The notes under the pieces are model-generated. The model ran no database searches. It saw nothing but the letters and a program-made list of their open reading frames with translations, and was not told where the DNA came from. From an uncultured delta proteobacterium (lineage in GTDB: Bacteria; Desulfobacterota; Binatia; Binatales; Binataceae), in the NCBI GenBank assembly GCA_963765675.1, contig CAVXXK010000004.1, positions 128,001 through 192,000 of the forward strand: DNA of 64,000 bases. The letters run 5' to 3'. The position numbers and the translations under genes are program-made. The number at the start of each line of letters is the position of its first letter. Positions within the stretch are counted from its first letter, which is position 1. This document shows, one piece after another, positions 19,365-29,001 of the stretch.

Positions 19365-19417
19365 GCGAGCAACGCGGGCAAGTAGCTGGAACAGCCTGCT
19401 ACTATGTCCGGCGGCTC

Positions 19418-19594
19418 TCACAGGCTGTACGCGGCGCGCAGATTCGGCGGGATCGAACCGATCCCACGATCGCGATCGTACACCACGCGCCATTTGAGCT
19501 CCGCGACTTCGGCGATGCACAGGGGACAGAGACCGCGACGCCTCGTCGCGACACCGTACCGCACTGGCGCGCGGCACCACAGGCACTTGGTCAT
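19418..19594 (-). CDS. Small CxxC...CxxC zinc-finger-like protein (may extend upstream)
   Basis: CLWC and CPLC pairs. Confidence 0.5.
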   Translation of the reverse strand: MTKCLWCRAPVRYGVATRRRGLCPLCIAEVAELKWRVVYDRDRGIGSIPPNLRAAYSL

Positions 19595-19812
19595 CCGGTC
19601 CGCGGACCGGACGTGGCGGCCGCGATGGTCCTGCTGGAGCATGTGGACTTCCAGACGGCATTCGCCGCGAGGCTCGGACGTGAAGGCGGCCGTGCGAAAG
19701 AACTTCGGACTCCGCGAACATCAGCGGCAGGTCGAGCGAGTCGATGCAGGGGAAGGGTTGTGGATAATCGGCGGGCGCATCCAATCCAAAGCTTGCTTTG
19801 CCTGTCATCCCC

Positions 19813-20526
19813 ATGCCAAAAACAGCTATTCCACAGATGGTGGATATTAGTCAACACAAAGTGTTTACACACGAAGACGCCGAATTCCGATCCCGCCTGG
19901 CCCAGGTGCTGGCCAAGTTCGGTTCGGTGGCCGCGCTGGCGCGCGCGATCGGCGTGTCCAACAACGCGATTTACAAGTGGCTGCAGGGGGACGGACAGCC
20001 AAATCTGTCCAACCTGGTGGGGCTTTCGCGCGCGGCCCGCGTCTCGGTCGAATGGCTCGCGACCGGGCGCGGCGCGGCCGCGCGCAGAGGGGCGGCGGCG
20101 CCGCGCGCGCTCGGAGAAGGATACACGTTCATGCCGCGTTTCGACGCTCGAGGCGGCGCGCGCGGCAAGCAAGGACTGATGAACGATCAGATCGTGGACA
20201 GTCTGGCGCTCAGCAGCGAATGGGTGCGAACGCGGCTGCATGCCGAGCCGCGCAATCTGCTGCTGCTCGAGATCGCGGGCGACACGATGGCGCCGACGCT
20301 GAACGCGACCGACCTCGCGATAGTGGATTTGGGAGAGCCGCGCTTTCGGCGCGACGCGATTTACGTGCTGCGCCATGCGGACGAGCTTGCGGTGCGCAGG
20401 TTGCAGCGCCGTCCCGACGGCAAGTTGATCATCAAGTGCGACAATCCAGCATACGAGCCGGTAGTAGCGGCGCCCGAGACGATCGCGATCATCGGCAACG
20501 TGATCTGGTCAGGCACGCGCCGGTAG
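19813..20526 (+). CDS. CI-like repressor (XRE HTH plus S24-like domain); start uncertain
   Basis: ALARAIGVSNNAIYKW...VSVEWLATG; GDTMAPTL, DNPAYEP. Confidence 0.9.
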   Translation: MPKTAIPQMVDISQHKVFTHEDAEFRSRLAQVLAKFGSVAALARAIGVSNNAIYKWLQGDGQPNLSNLVGLSRAARVSVEWLATGRGAAARRGAAAPRALGEGYTFMPRFDARGGARGKQGLMNDQIVDSLALSSEWVRTRLHAEPRNLLLLEIAGDTMAPTLNATDLAIVDLGEPRFRRDAIYVLRHADELAVRRLQRRPDGKLIIKCDNPAYEPVVAAPETIAIIGNVIWSGTRR

Positions 20527-20800
20527 AGCGCAGAGCAGTCCACTCTTCGCACTGTGCCACAAGGGTTTCGTGCTCGTACGCCGAAAGTCAGTCAACACCG
20601 CGAGCCGACCTCTCCCTTGATCCCTCTCCTTGGACAAGGAGAGGGTATCTCAGCGCTCAGGAAGGTTATGCAAAGGTCTCCTCCGGGAGAGGGTATATCC
20701 GAGCCTTCCACGCGGAAGGCGGACAGAGAGTGTCGATTTCAGAAAACCTCTCGTTCGGCAAAGTACGACTGGCACGCTGACGGCGCGACGGCTCCGAAAA

Positions 20801-20877
20801 CCCTCTCCCGCCGGGAGAGGGCAAGCGGCGCGGCGATTGCTTCTTTCAGCAATCGCCGTGACGCGCGGGTGAGGGCG
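20801..20877 (+). repeat. Interspersed palindromic repeat, copy C (partial copies at ~20621, 20677, 20938)
   Basis: Same flanks as A/B, different internal stem sequence. Confidence 0.88.
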
Positions 20878-20972
20878 GCCTTGCTCCATCGCGGATCCTC
20901 TTTAATCGCGCGTCGCTGCGCGCCGCGCTGACTAAGGTCCCTCACCTAACCTCTCCCTTTCAGGGCGAGGGA

Positions 20973-22028
20973 TCAGACGGGGATACGGCGGCCGGTGGAG
21001 GCGTCGAACAAATGGAGTTTCTTCGACGGCAAGTAGAAACGATGCGTCTGGCCGGCTTCGATGCGGCGGGAAGTTACCGCGCAGATCGGAGTTTCTCCGC
21101 CGTGCGCCAGCGTGCCGCGGACTATGAACGAAGCGCCGGAGAACTCTACGCTGGCTACCGCGATATCGATTGCCAGCGCTCCGGCGGTTTCGTCCGGTGA
21201 CAGATCGGCGGGACGGATTCCTGCGCGCAGCGACTGCGGGGCGTTTGCCGGTAGGTTGATTGGATAGCGGACGCCCCCGATTTCTAATGCGCCCTCCCCG
21301 GCTTTGCGGGCGTCGAATAGATTCATCGCCGGATCGCCTACGAACGACGCGACGAATTCGGTTTCGGGACGATTGAAGATTTCCTCGGGAGGACCCATCT
21401 GCTCGATTCGTCCCGCCCGCATCACCGCCATCCGATCGGCCAGCGCTAACGCTTCGACCTGGTCGTGCGTGACGTAGACGAACGTGCGGCCCGTCGCGCG
21501 TTGCAGGTTTTTCAGTTCGATTCGCAGGGACGCGCGCAAGCGGGCGTCGAGGCTCGCGAGCGCTTCGTCCATCAAGACGATTTCAGGCTCGCGCACGAGC
21601 GCGCGTGCGAGCGCGACGCGCTGTTGCTCGCCGCCGGAGAGCTCGGCGGGGCGGCGTTCCAGTCCGACCGTCAGGCCGGCCTTCGCGGCAGCATCCTTCA
21701 CCCGGCGATCGATCTCCGCGGACGGAACTTTTCCGAGCCGCAGCGGGAACGCGATATTCCCGAACGCGCTCATATGCGGATAGAGCGCGAAATTCTGAAA
21801 CACCATCGCGATTCGCGCTCGGTGAGAATCGGCCGCGTCCGCAAATTCGATCGCGCCGGAGTCGGGCTCGTCGAGTCCAGCGATCAGCCTGAGCAGCGTG
21901 CTTTTGCCGCATCCCGACGGCCCCAGCAGCACCAGGAACTCGCCGCTTGCGACGGTCAGCGACACGTCGCGCACGCCGCCGCCGGCGGCAAACACGCGGG
22001 TCAAGTTTTTGATCGTGAGCGCGTGCAT
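20973..22028 (-). CDS. Sugar ABC transporter ATP-binding protein
   Basis: GPSGCGKS, VFQNFALYPHM, LSGGEQQR. Confidence 0.93.
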   Translation of the reverse strand: MHALTIKNLTRVFAAGGGVRDVSLTVASGEFLVLLGPSGCGKSTLLRLIAGLDEPDSGAIEFADAADSHRARIAMVFQNFALYPHMSAFGNIAFPLRLGKVPSAEIDRRVKDAAAKAGLTVGLERRPAELSGGEQQRVALARALVREPEIVLMDEALASLDARLRASLRIELKNLQRATGRTFVYVTHDQVEALALADRMAVMRAGRIEQMGPPEEIFNRPETEFVASFVGDPAMNLFDARKAGEGALEIGGVRYPINLPANAPQSLRAGIRPADLSPDETAGALAIDIAVASVEFSGASFIVRGTLAHGGETPICAVTSRRIEAGQTHRFYLPSKKLHLFDASTGRRIPV

Positions 22029-22040
22029 CGGGCTTTCGCT

Positions 22041-22875
22041 CTAGCGCGATCCTCCCGTTACCAACGCGGTGCGCAGCGTCGGGCCGAGTGCGATCACGAC
22101 GCACACCGCCGGGATCATCATCAGGAGCGCCAGCGCGCTGGCCGGTCCGACGTTACCGAAGACCGTATAGTAATAAAGCAAAGGCGGGAGCGTGCGATTA
22201 GTCTGCTGGAGCAGCAGCGCGAAGCCGAACTCGTCCCAGCTCAGGATGAAGCAGAGCACGAACGCCGCTGAGAGCGCGCCGCGCACTATAGGCAGATCGA
22301 TCGTCAGGAACACGCGCGCAGGCGACGCGCCGTCGAGCCACGCGGCTTCTTCGATTTCGCGCGGCACCGCGACGAAGGCGGCGTAGAGTGTGAGCGCGGC
22401 GGTCGGAATCGCGATCGCGCAATGGATAATCGCAAGGCCGAGCGCGCTCGGGATATCGTAGAGGCCGATCGACGCGAGCATAATCCCGGCCGGAATCGCG
22501 ACCGCGATCATCGGAAGCAGGCGCACGCCCGAGACCGCGCCGAAGCCCGCGCTGCGCGCCGCCGTTCCACGCGCCATCGCATACGCGAGCATCGCGCCGA
22601 GCGCGGTTGCGCCGGCCGCGGAGATCACGCCGACAGCGAGGCTGCGCACGATCGCGCCGCGCAACTCACCGACCGCGAAGACGGTCACAAAATGCTCGAG
22701 CGTCAGATGACGCGGAATCCACGCGGGCGGCCACACGAACGTCTCGAGCTCGGGTGTCAGCGCCTGCTTGGCGAGCAGGTAGAGCGGCACGACAGCGGCG
22801 GCGATCACGAGCGCGCTGACCGCCGATTCGCACCGCCGCGAGAGCGGTAGGTTCGCTGCGCGTGGCCGTGCTCAT
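22041..22875 (-). CDS. Carbohydrate ABC permease (MalG-like), frameshifted at ~22825
   Basis: EEAAWLDGAS EAA motif; upstream ATG 22875 is in another frame. Confidence 0.85.
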
Positions 22876-22887
22876 GCTCTCGCTCCT

Positions 22888-23724
22888 TCATCCGACGACC
22901 ACCTGCGCGCGGCGACCGCTCCCGCCGAGCGCGAAGATCGTCACCACCAGCGCCAGCACCATCGCGGCCGCCATCGCGACTCTCGGCGCCTGCGCGTCGC
23001 TCCACTGCCCGTATGAGTAAGTGGACAGGACGGGAACCGCCTCCGGCCCGGTCAGCACCAGCACGGTCGAGAAAATTCTGAGCGCGTCGATTCCGCGCAG
23101 CACCGTCGCTCCGACGATCGCCGGCGCAAGCATCGGCAGCGTCACGTAGCGGAAGGCAGCGAGCCTGCCGGCGCCGTCGAGTTGCGCGGCTTCGTAGAGC
23201 TCGCGCGGAATCGTCTGCAAGCCCGCCATCAGCATCAGCATCACGATCGGCGTGACGTGCCACGCGTCGACCACCGCGACCGAGAGCATCGCGAGCGAGC
23301 CGCGCGGCGAGAGCCACGCTACGCCATGCATTCCGAACGCCTCGAGCGCGCCGTTTAAGTATCCCCGCGGCATCAGCAGGTAGCGCGCGATCGTCAGGAT
23401 GACGATTTCTGGAATTGCGAACGGCAGAATCGCGGCGACTTCGACGATCGGAGAGCGCCGCTTGCGCGCCGTGAGCATCAGCGCGAGTCCGAGTCCGATC
23501 GCGAGTTCGAGGATAAGGCTCGCGATCGGAAGGACCAGGTTGTCGAGCAGCGCCCGCCAGAACATCGGATCATGCGCCAGCACCGAATAATTCCTTAGCG
23601 AGGGGCCGCGATAGTCGAACGAGCCGACCAGACCGCCGAGAGCCGGGAGCACCAGCGTGGCGAGCATGAAGACCGCCGGAATCACGACGAAAGCGGTCCT
23701 GAGATTTCGTGCGCGCGCGTTCAT
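22888..23724 (-). CDS. Carbohydrate ABC permease (MalF-like)
   Basis: LYEAAQLDGA...FRYVTLP. Confidence 0.9.
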   Translation of the reverse strand: MNARARNLRTAFVVIPAVFMLATLVLPALGGLVGSFDYRGPSLRNYSVLAHDPMFWRALLDNLVLPIASLILELAIGLGLALMLTARKRRSPIVEVAAILPFAIPEIVILTIARYLLMPRGYLNGALEAFGMHGVAWLSPRGSLAMLSVAVVDAWHVTPIVMLMLMAGLQTIPRELYEAAQLDGAGRLAAFRYVTLPMLAPAIVGATVLRGIDALRIFSTVLVLTGPEAVPVLSTYSYGQWSDAQAPRVAMAAAMVLALVVTIFALGGSGRRAQVVVG

Positions 23725-24905
23725 TGTTCGAGTCCCGCGCAGCATCGCGACTCACTAGATTCGCCAACCGAAACAGTATCTGTTGACGGACTGAGTATAG
23801 TGGCGAGAGCGGCTGCAGGAGCGGTTCCGCGCAGCAATACTTCGCGAATCGCTTGTTGCCATCGATTACTCAGTTGTGGATAGCAGTCGAGGACGGGACG
23901 CGCGCGCACGTGATCGCGCATCGCGGTGAAACCCGCGTAGAGTTTCGCGTCCTCGCTGCCCGCGGCTGGCGGGACTGAGCCGTACCATCCGAGCTCACTG
24001 CTCAGGCGAGCCTGCACCTCAGGCGTGAGCAACCAGGCAAGGAATGCGCGCGCGAGCTCCGGATGCGGCGCGGAAACCGGAATCGCAAGGTAGCCGCCGC
24101 CCAGAGGCGTCGCCATCCCGTCGGGACCGGCGGGGATTGGCGCGCTCAGGTCGACCTCGGGAGCGAGGCCCTTGGACTTCAAGTATCCGATCGCGAAGGG
24201 CCAGTTAAAATGAATCCACACGGTGCCGCGGGCCTGCGCCTCGAGCACCGACATTTCGCGGAACACGGCGGATTCGTCGTTCAGATCCGGCGCGAGGAGA
24301 TGCAGGAAATCTAACGCGCGAAGCGAGCCGCTCGAATCGGGATCGCATTCGCTGCCCCCCGCACTCCACACGAACGCCATCGCGTCGCAGGCGGCGCCCT
24401 CGTAACGCGCAGCCTTCAGCGCGAGCTTGCCCGGATGAGCGCGGGCGAAGCGCGCGAGATCGTCCCAGGTGCGCGGCGGATCGGGAACTTCGATCCGATT
24501 ATAGATCATCGCCTGCCACATCAAGCGATGCGGAATGAAATATATGTGATGATTTTCGGTTGCCGCGGCCCATGCCGCTTCGGAGAATAGAGAATGTGCG
24601 GAAGGCGGCACGAGGCCGTCGAGCACGGCGGCATTCGAGCGCGCCTCGCCGAGCATCGCAAGGTCGAGCTCGACCAAATCGAGCGATCCGCGGCGTCCGC
24701 GGGCCTGAACGCGCAGGGCCTGCAGGATATCGCCGTAGGATTGTGCGACGATATTGATACGGACATGATGAGCGGCCTCGAAGGGAGAGACGAAATCAGC
24801 GTAGCGCGCGGCCTCCGACGGAAAGACTGCCAGCGCGAGATTCAGTTGGCCGCGCGCAGCCTCGGTGCGGCCGCATCCTGCGACAACGGCGAGCGCGATC
24901 GCCAT
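23721..24905 (-). CDS. Sugar ABC substrate-binding lipoprotein (start uncertain)
   Basis: VAGC lipobox; PPRTWDDL, LGGGYLAI. Confidence 0.85.
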   Translation of the reverse strand: MAIALAVVAGCGRTEAARGQLNLALAVFPSEAARYADFVSPFEAAHHVRINIVAQSYGDILQALRVQARGRRGSLDLVELDLAMLGEARSNAAVLDGLVPPSAHSLFSEAAWAAATENHHIYFIPHRLMWQAMIYNRIEVPDPPRTWDDLARFARAHPGKLALKAARYEGAACDAMAFVWSAGGSECDPDSSGSLRALDFLHLLAPDLNDESAVFREMSVLEAQARGTVWIHFNWPFAIGYLKSKGLAPEVDLSAPIPAGPDGMATPLGGGYLAIPVSAPHPELARAFLAWLLTPEVQARLSSELGWYGSVPPAAGSEDAKLYAGFTAMRDHVRARPVLDCYPQLSNRWQQAIREVLLRGTAPAAALATILSPSTDTVSVGESSESRCCAGLEQ

Positions 24906-25014
24906 GCAGGCAAGCGCGGCGCAAGCGCGGATGCAATACTTCGAGGAGCGGATTCCTGGATAGCCTGAAAGACGTATCACAATTCTTGAAACCCGCGTTA
25001 ATGGAAAATCAGCA

Positions 25015-25689
25015 ATGAACGAGAGCAAGAACCTCACCACCGCGAAGCAACCGTTCGAGTTTTGCTCGCGCCTCAATTTGACCCTGCTGACCGGACGCAA
25101 AGCGCAGGACCTGGCCGAGATGGCCGAGAACCTGCGCAGCGTGCCCGGCTCCGTGATCTATCATCACACTCACCATTTTCTGGTGCAGCATCAACACCTT
25201 TCGCCGGAGCCGCCCAACGATTTCGCGTACTGGGTGTCGAACATCCTGCTCGACGCGCGGCTGGGCGAGGAGCTGGCGTCGATCGACGTGATGCGATTCT
25301 CGACGATCCATGAACTGCGCGAGGCGCTGGTCAGAGTCATCGAGGCGTCGCTGGAACGCAACAGCGAGGTTCGGGCCGCGCCGCGGGGACAGGAGTTTCA
25401 CTTTATGCGATCGGTATCGTTCGTGATGCCGACGGGGGTGCGCGCCGCCGACTTGCGCGAGTTTCGCAACGCGCTGACCTATGCCTCGCTGAGCGCGATC
25501 TCCTATCACATGTTCGACGCGCGGCTGCGGCTGGAAACGGGCGACAATGATTTCGCGGCGTGGGTCGAAGGACAGCTCGGAGAGAAAGCGCTGGCCGAGT
25601 CGCTGCGGACGCTCGATCCATACACCTACACCGAAGAAGGGCTGCGGCGCAGGATGATCACCCTGGTCGAACAGCGATTGGGCAACTGA
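25015..25689 (+). CDS. DUF5752-like protein
   Basis: Duplicated SxxYH...NDFAxWV motif; adjacent to TreT. Confidence 0.8.
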   Translation: MNESKNLTTAKQPFEFCSRLNLTLLTGRKAQDLAEMAENLRSVPGSVIYHHTHHFLVQHQHLSPEPPNDFAYWVSNILLDARLGEELASIDVMRFSTIHELREALVRVIEASLERNSEVRAAPRGQEFHFMRSVSFVMPTGVRAADLREFRNALTYASLSAISYHMFDARLRLETGDNDFAAWVEGQLGEKALAESLRTLDPYTYTEEGLRRRMITLVEQRLGN

Positions 25690-25690
25690 A

Positions 25691-26917
25691 ATGGGCGCAA
25701 AGCTTTCCGAATATATACCGATCGTCGGCGAGGGCGTGGTGCAGGAGCTGACGGTGCTCGGCGCGCGGCTGGCGGGAAAAAAAGTGGTGAACGTCAACTC
25801 GACCCGCAGCGGCGGCGGAGTGGCGGAGATACTGCAGCGGTTGATTCCGCTTCTTGGAGAAGTCGGGATCAACGCGCAATGGGAAGTGGTCGAAGGCACC
25901 CAGGATTTTTTCGCCCTGACCAAGCATCTGCACAACGCGCTGCATGGTACTCCGCACATCTTTACGGCCGAGGACCAGGGCGTCTTCGACCTGACCACGA
26001 AGTCCAACCTCGAGCGGCTCAACCTGAACGGCGACATCATGTTCATCCACGATCCGCAACCCGCGGGGCTGGTGCGCAACCGCGGCGCGATTGGCGGGAA
26101 ATGGATCTGGCGATGCCATATCGACCTGTCGGCGCCGGCGCCGGGAGCGTGGGAATTTATCGAACCGATGGTGCGGCAGTTTGATCTGAGCGTGTTCTCG
26201 GCGCCGCAGTTCACCCGCGCACTGCCGATTCCGCAGATCCTGATCTCGCCATCGATCGATCCGCTGGCGGACAAGAACCGCGAGCTCAGCCGCACCGAGA
26301 TCGACGCGATCCTGACCAGGCTCGGGATTCGCAGCGACAAGCCGATGGTGACGCAGATCTCGCGCTTCGATCGGCTGAAGGATCCGCTCGGAGTGCTCGA
26401 GGCGTGGCAGCTCGCGCGGCGCCGGGTGGATTGCCAACTCGTGCTCGCGGGAGGAGGCGCCAGCGACGACCCCGAAGGCGCGGAGGTTCTGCGCGAGGTG
26501 CGTGAGCGCGCGGGCACTGACGTTGACGTGCATATCCTGGATCTTCCGCCGACCTCGCATATCGAGGTCAACGCGATCCAGAGCGCGTCGGCGGTGGTGA
26601 TCCAGAAATCGCTGAAGGAAGGATTCGGATTGACGGTCTCCGAGGCGCTATGGAAATCGAAGCCGGTCATTGCGGGTGCGGCGGGCGGCATTCCACTTCA
26701 AATCACGCACAAGTATTCGGGCATCCTGACCCACACGATCGAAGGTACCGCTTTCTGGATAAAGCAGTTGCTATCCGAGCCGGAATTCGCGCGGCAACTG
26801 GGGCGCAATGGCCACAATCATGTGCGTTCGAATTTCCTGCTGACGCGGCATATGCGCGACTACATGCTCGCGTTCCTGCTGCTGGACCATCCGAACGTCG
26901 ACGTGATCAGGCTCTAG
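25691..26917 (+). CDS. treT: Trehalose glycosyltransferring synthase
   Basis: VNSTxxGGGVAEIL, TKHLHNALHG, IHDPQP, ISRFDRLKDP, EGFGLTVSEA. Confidence 0.85.
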   Translation: MGAKLSEYIPIVGEGVVQELTVLGARLAGKKVVNVNSTRSGGGVAEILQRLIPLLGEVGINAQWEVVEGTQDFFALTKHLHNALHGTPHIFTAEDQGVFDLTTKSNLERLNLNGDIMFIHDPQPAGLVRNRGAIGGKWIWRCHIDLSAPAPGAWEFIEPMVRQFDLSVFSAPQFTRALPIPQILISPSIDPLADKNRELSRTEIDAILTRLGIRSDKPMVTQISRFDRLKDPLGVLEAWQLARRRVDCQLVLAGGGASDDPEGAEVLREVRERAGTDVDVHILDLPPTSHIEVNAIQSASAVVIQKSLKEGFGLTVSEALWKSKPVIAGAAGGIPLQITHKYSGILTHTIEGTAFWIKQLLSEPEFARQLGRNGHNHVRSNFLLTRHMRDYMLAFLLLDHPNVDVIRL

Positions 26918-26935
26918 GCGCACGGCCGGCAGCGA

Positions 26936-27196
26936 TTAGAAGATCAGGCCAAGTGCATCGCCGATCAGGCGAAACGGGAAGAGGATAATCGTGCCCACGG
27001 CGTTCAGGGTCGAGCCGACTACGCTGTCAGGTTCGTTGGTCGTGGTGGTTGTCGTGCTGGTGGTGCCGGCGGGCGCGTCGGGGTCGGCCGGCTGAACGGT
27101 GGTGGTGGTGGTCTGTTGATCGGAGCATCCGGACAGAATCGCGGGTCCTGCGAGGGTAATCGCCAGAAGCAGGATCGGAAAGGCGCGTCGTTTCAT
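26936..27196 (-). CDS. Small Thr-rich lipoprotein
   Basis: LSGC lipobox; GGAG RBS. Confidence 0.75.
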   Translation of the reverse strand: MKRRAFPILLLAITLAGPAILSGCSDQQTTTTTVQPADPDAPAGTTSTTTTTTNEPDSVVGSTLNAVGTIILFPFRLIGDALGLIF

Positions 27197-27272
27197 TGTT
27201 GGTTCTCCATCTGACTATTTGCCGATTTCAGGATCGTGCTGCCGGAAACTGGTAAAAGTTAGGAGCAAGGGG

Positions 27273-27288
27273 AGCAAAAGCTGAGCCA
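27273..27288 (-). promoter_or_regulatory. Sigma54 -24/-12 promoter
   Basis: TGGCTCAGCTTTTGCT (GG-N10-GC). Confidence 0.65.
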
Positions 27289-27375
27289 TCGGAATTCGTG
27301 GGGATTATTGGATCGAGAGAAACGCATTGCTGGAAATTTTTTCATGCTCGGATGGATCGTGGGATTGTAGTCGTG

Positions 27376-27452
27376 CGCCCTCACCCGCGCGTCACGACGC
27401 TTGCGAGAAAAACGCAAGCCTCGCGCCGCTTCACCCTCTCCCGGTGGGAGAG
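27376..27452 (-). repeat. Interspersed palindromic repeat, copy D (inverted)
   Basis: Reverse complement of A/B. Confidence 0.85.
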
Positions 27453-27487
27453 CGGATTGAAAAGAGTATTGAATAATCCTCCACCGG

Positions 27488-28849
27488 TCAGTTTTCCTGT
27501 GAGTAACGATCCAGTTTGTTGTAAAGGGTCTTGGCGCTCACGCCGAGGACTTGGGCGGCGCGGGTTTTGTTGCCGCCGGTGAATTCGATCGTGCGCGAAA
27601 TGATCTCGCGCTCGACCTCGTCGAGCGAGGAGCCCAAGCGAACCTTGAAGAATCCGCTGTCGCTCTGCGAGGCGGAGCGGAACTCCTCGGGCAGATCGTG
27701 CAGGCCGATCATGCGGCCGTCGCAGACGATCATCGCGCGCTCGATCACGTTGCGCAGTTGGCGGACGTTGCCGGGCCACGGATGCGATCGCAGCGCGGCG
27801 AGGCACTCTTCATCGACGCCCGCGATCTGCTTGTTGTTGCGCTCGGCGTAGTGCGCAACGAACGAATCGATCAGCAGCGGCAGGTCGTCCGAGCGCTCGC
27901 GCAGCGGCGGCAGCCGAATCGAGAAGACGTTCAGCCGATAGAACAAATCCTCGCGCAGCTTGTTGTCGCGCACCGCCTGCTCGATATCCCGGTTCGAGGC
28001 CGCGAGCACGCGCACGTCGAGCGGAATTTCGGCGGAGCCGCCAAGACGGCGCATCCGCTGTTCCTCGATCACTCGGAGCAGCTTGGCCTGCAGCTCGGGT
28101 TTCATCTCGGTGATCTCGTCGAGCAAGAGTGTTCCGCCGTTGGCCAGCTCGAAGCATCCTTCGCGCCTGCGATCGGCGCCGGTGAATGCGCCGCGCTCGT
28201 GGCCGAACAGCTCGCTCTCCATCAGGGTCTCTGGAATCGCGGCGCAGTTGACGCCGACATATGCGGCGCCGCGCCGCGGCGACATCTCGTGGATCGTCCG
28301 CGCGACCAGCTCTTTACCGGTGCCGCTTTCGCCCGAAATTACGACTGAGGCCGCCGACTGCGCGACGCGCTCGATCGCGGCCAGCACTTTGCGCATCGCG
28401 GGCGAGCGGCCGTAGAGCGGACCGAGCTCGCCGACCTCGGCCAGGCGGCGGCGCAGCGCGAGGTTCTCTTCGCGGACCTCGATACTATCGGCCAGCGTGC
28501 GGAGCATCTGGCGCAGATGCGGCGGATCGACGGGCTTGCGCAGATAGTCGAGTGCGCCGAGCTTAATCGCCTCGACCGCTTCGGGAATATCGCCTTCCCC
28601 GGAAATCATGATGGTCGGCAGATTGACGCCCATCTCGCGGATGTCGCGCAGGAGCTCGATGCCGTTCTTGCGCGGCATCTTGACGTCGGCCAGCAGAAGA
28701 TGCGGGTTGAAGGTCTTGATCAACTCGAGCGCACGCACGCCGTCTTCGGCGACTTCGACGGTGTAACCCCAAGTGGTCAGCGACTCGCGCCAGGTCTCAT
28801 GCGTAGAAGTGTCGTCTTCTGCGACCAGGATTCGAGTTGGATGTGCCAT
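27488..28849 (-). CDS. Sigma54-dependent response regulator (NtrC family)
   Basis: REC domain, GESGTGKE, GAFTGA, Fis HTH. Confidence 0.95.
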   Translation of the reverse strand: MAHPTRILVAEDDTSTHETWRESLTTWGYTVEVAEDGVRALELIKTFNPHLLLADVKMPRKNGIELLRDIREMGVNLPTIMISGEGDIPEAVEAIKLGALDYLRKPVDPPHLRQMLRTLADSIEVREENLALRRRLAEVGELGPLYGRSPAMRKVLAAIERVAQSAASVVISGESGTGKELVARTIHEMSPRRGAAYVGVNCAAIPETLMESELFGHERGAFTGADRRREGCFELANGGTLLLDEITEMKPELQAKLLRVIEEQRMRRLGGSAEIPLDVRVLAASNRDIEQAVRDNKLREDLFYRLNVFSIRLPPLRERSDDLPLLIDSFVAHYAERNNKQIAGVDEECLAALRSHPWPGNVRQLRNVIERAMIVCDGRMIGLHDLPEEFRSASQSDSGFFKVRLGSSLDEVEREIISRTIEFTGGNKTRAAQVLGVSAKTLYNKLDRYSQEN

Positions 28850-29001
28850 TGCTGAACCTCGTCCGGAGAAAAGCGCAATTGTCATACCGGAAGAAAGACT
28901 AGCAACCCATTGAGCAAAGTTAGACGGGGCCGGAAAAATTTACCGTATGTGGAGAAACTATACACCCCGCGAAAGCGGGTTGCACGGTCCGCCCGAGCCG
29001 A

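Noticed and set aside
1-20526. Intact, inducible Mu prophage
   Set aside because: No transposase A/B, ner or gam beside the repressor, and the head operon is interrupted. The other end lies outside the window, so this is not fully excluded.
20600-20972. Clustered palindromes as a CRISPR array or att site
   Set aside because: Irregular spacing; these are members of the dispersed repeat family; no cas or integrase gene
25009-26691. Long antisense ORFs (also 58447-60120, 14846-16267, 30008-31375 and others)
   Set aside because: Shadow frames of real genes, expected in high-GC DNA
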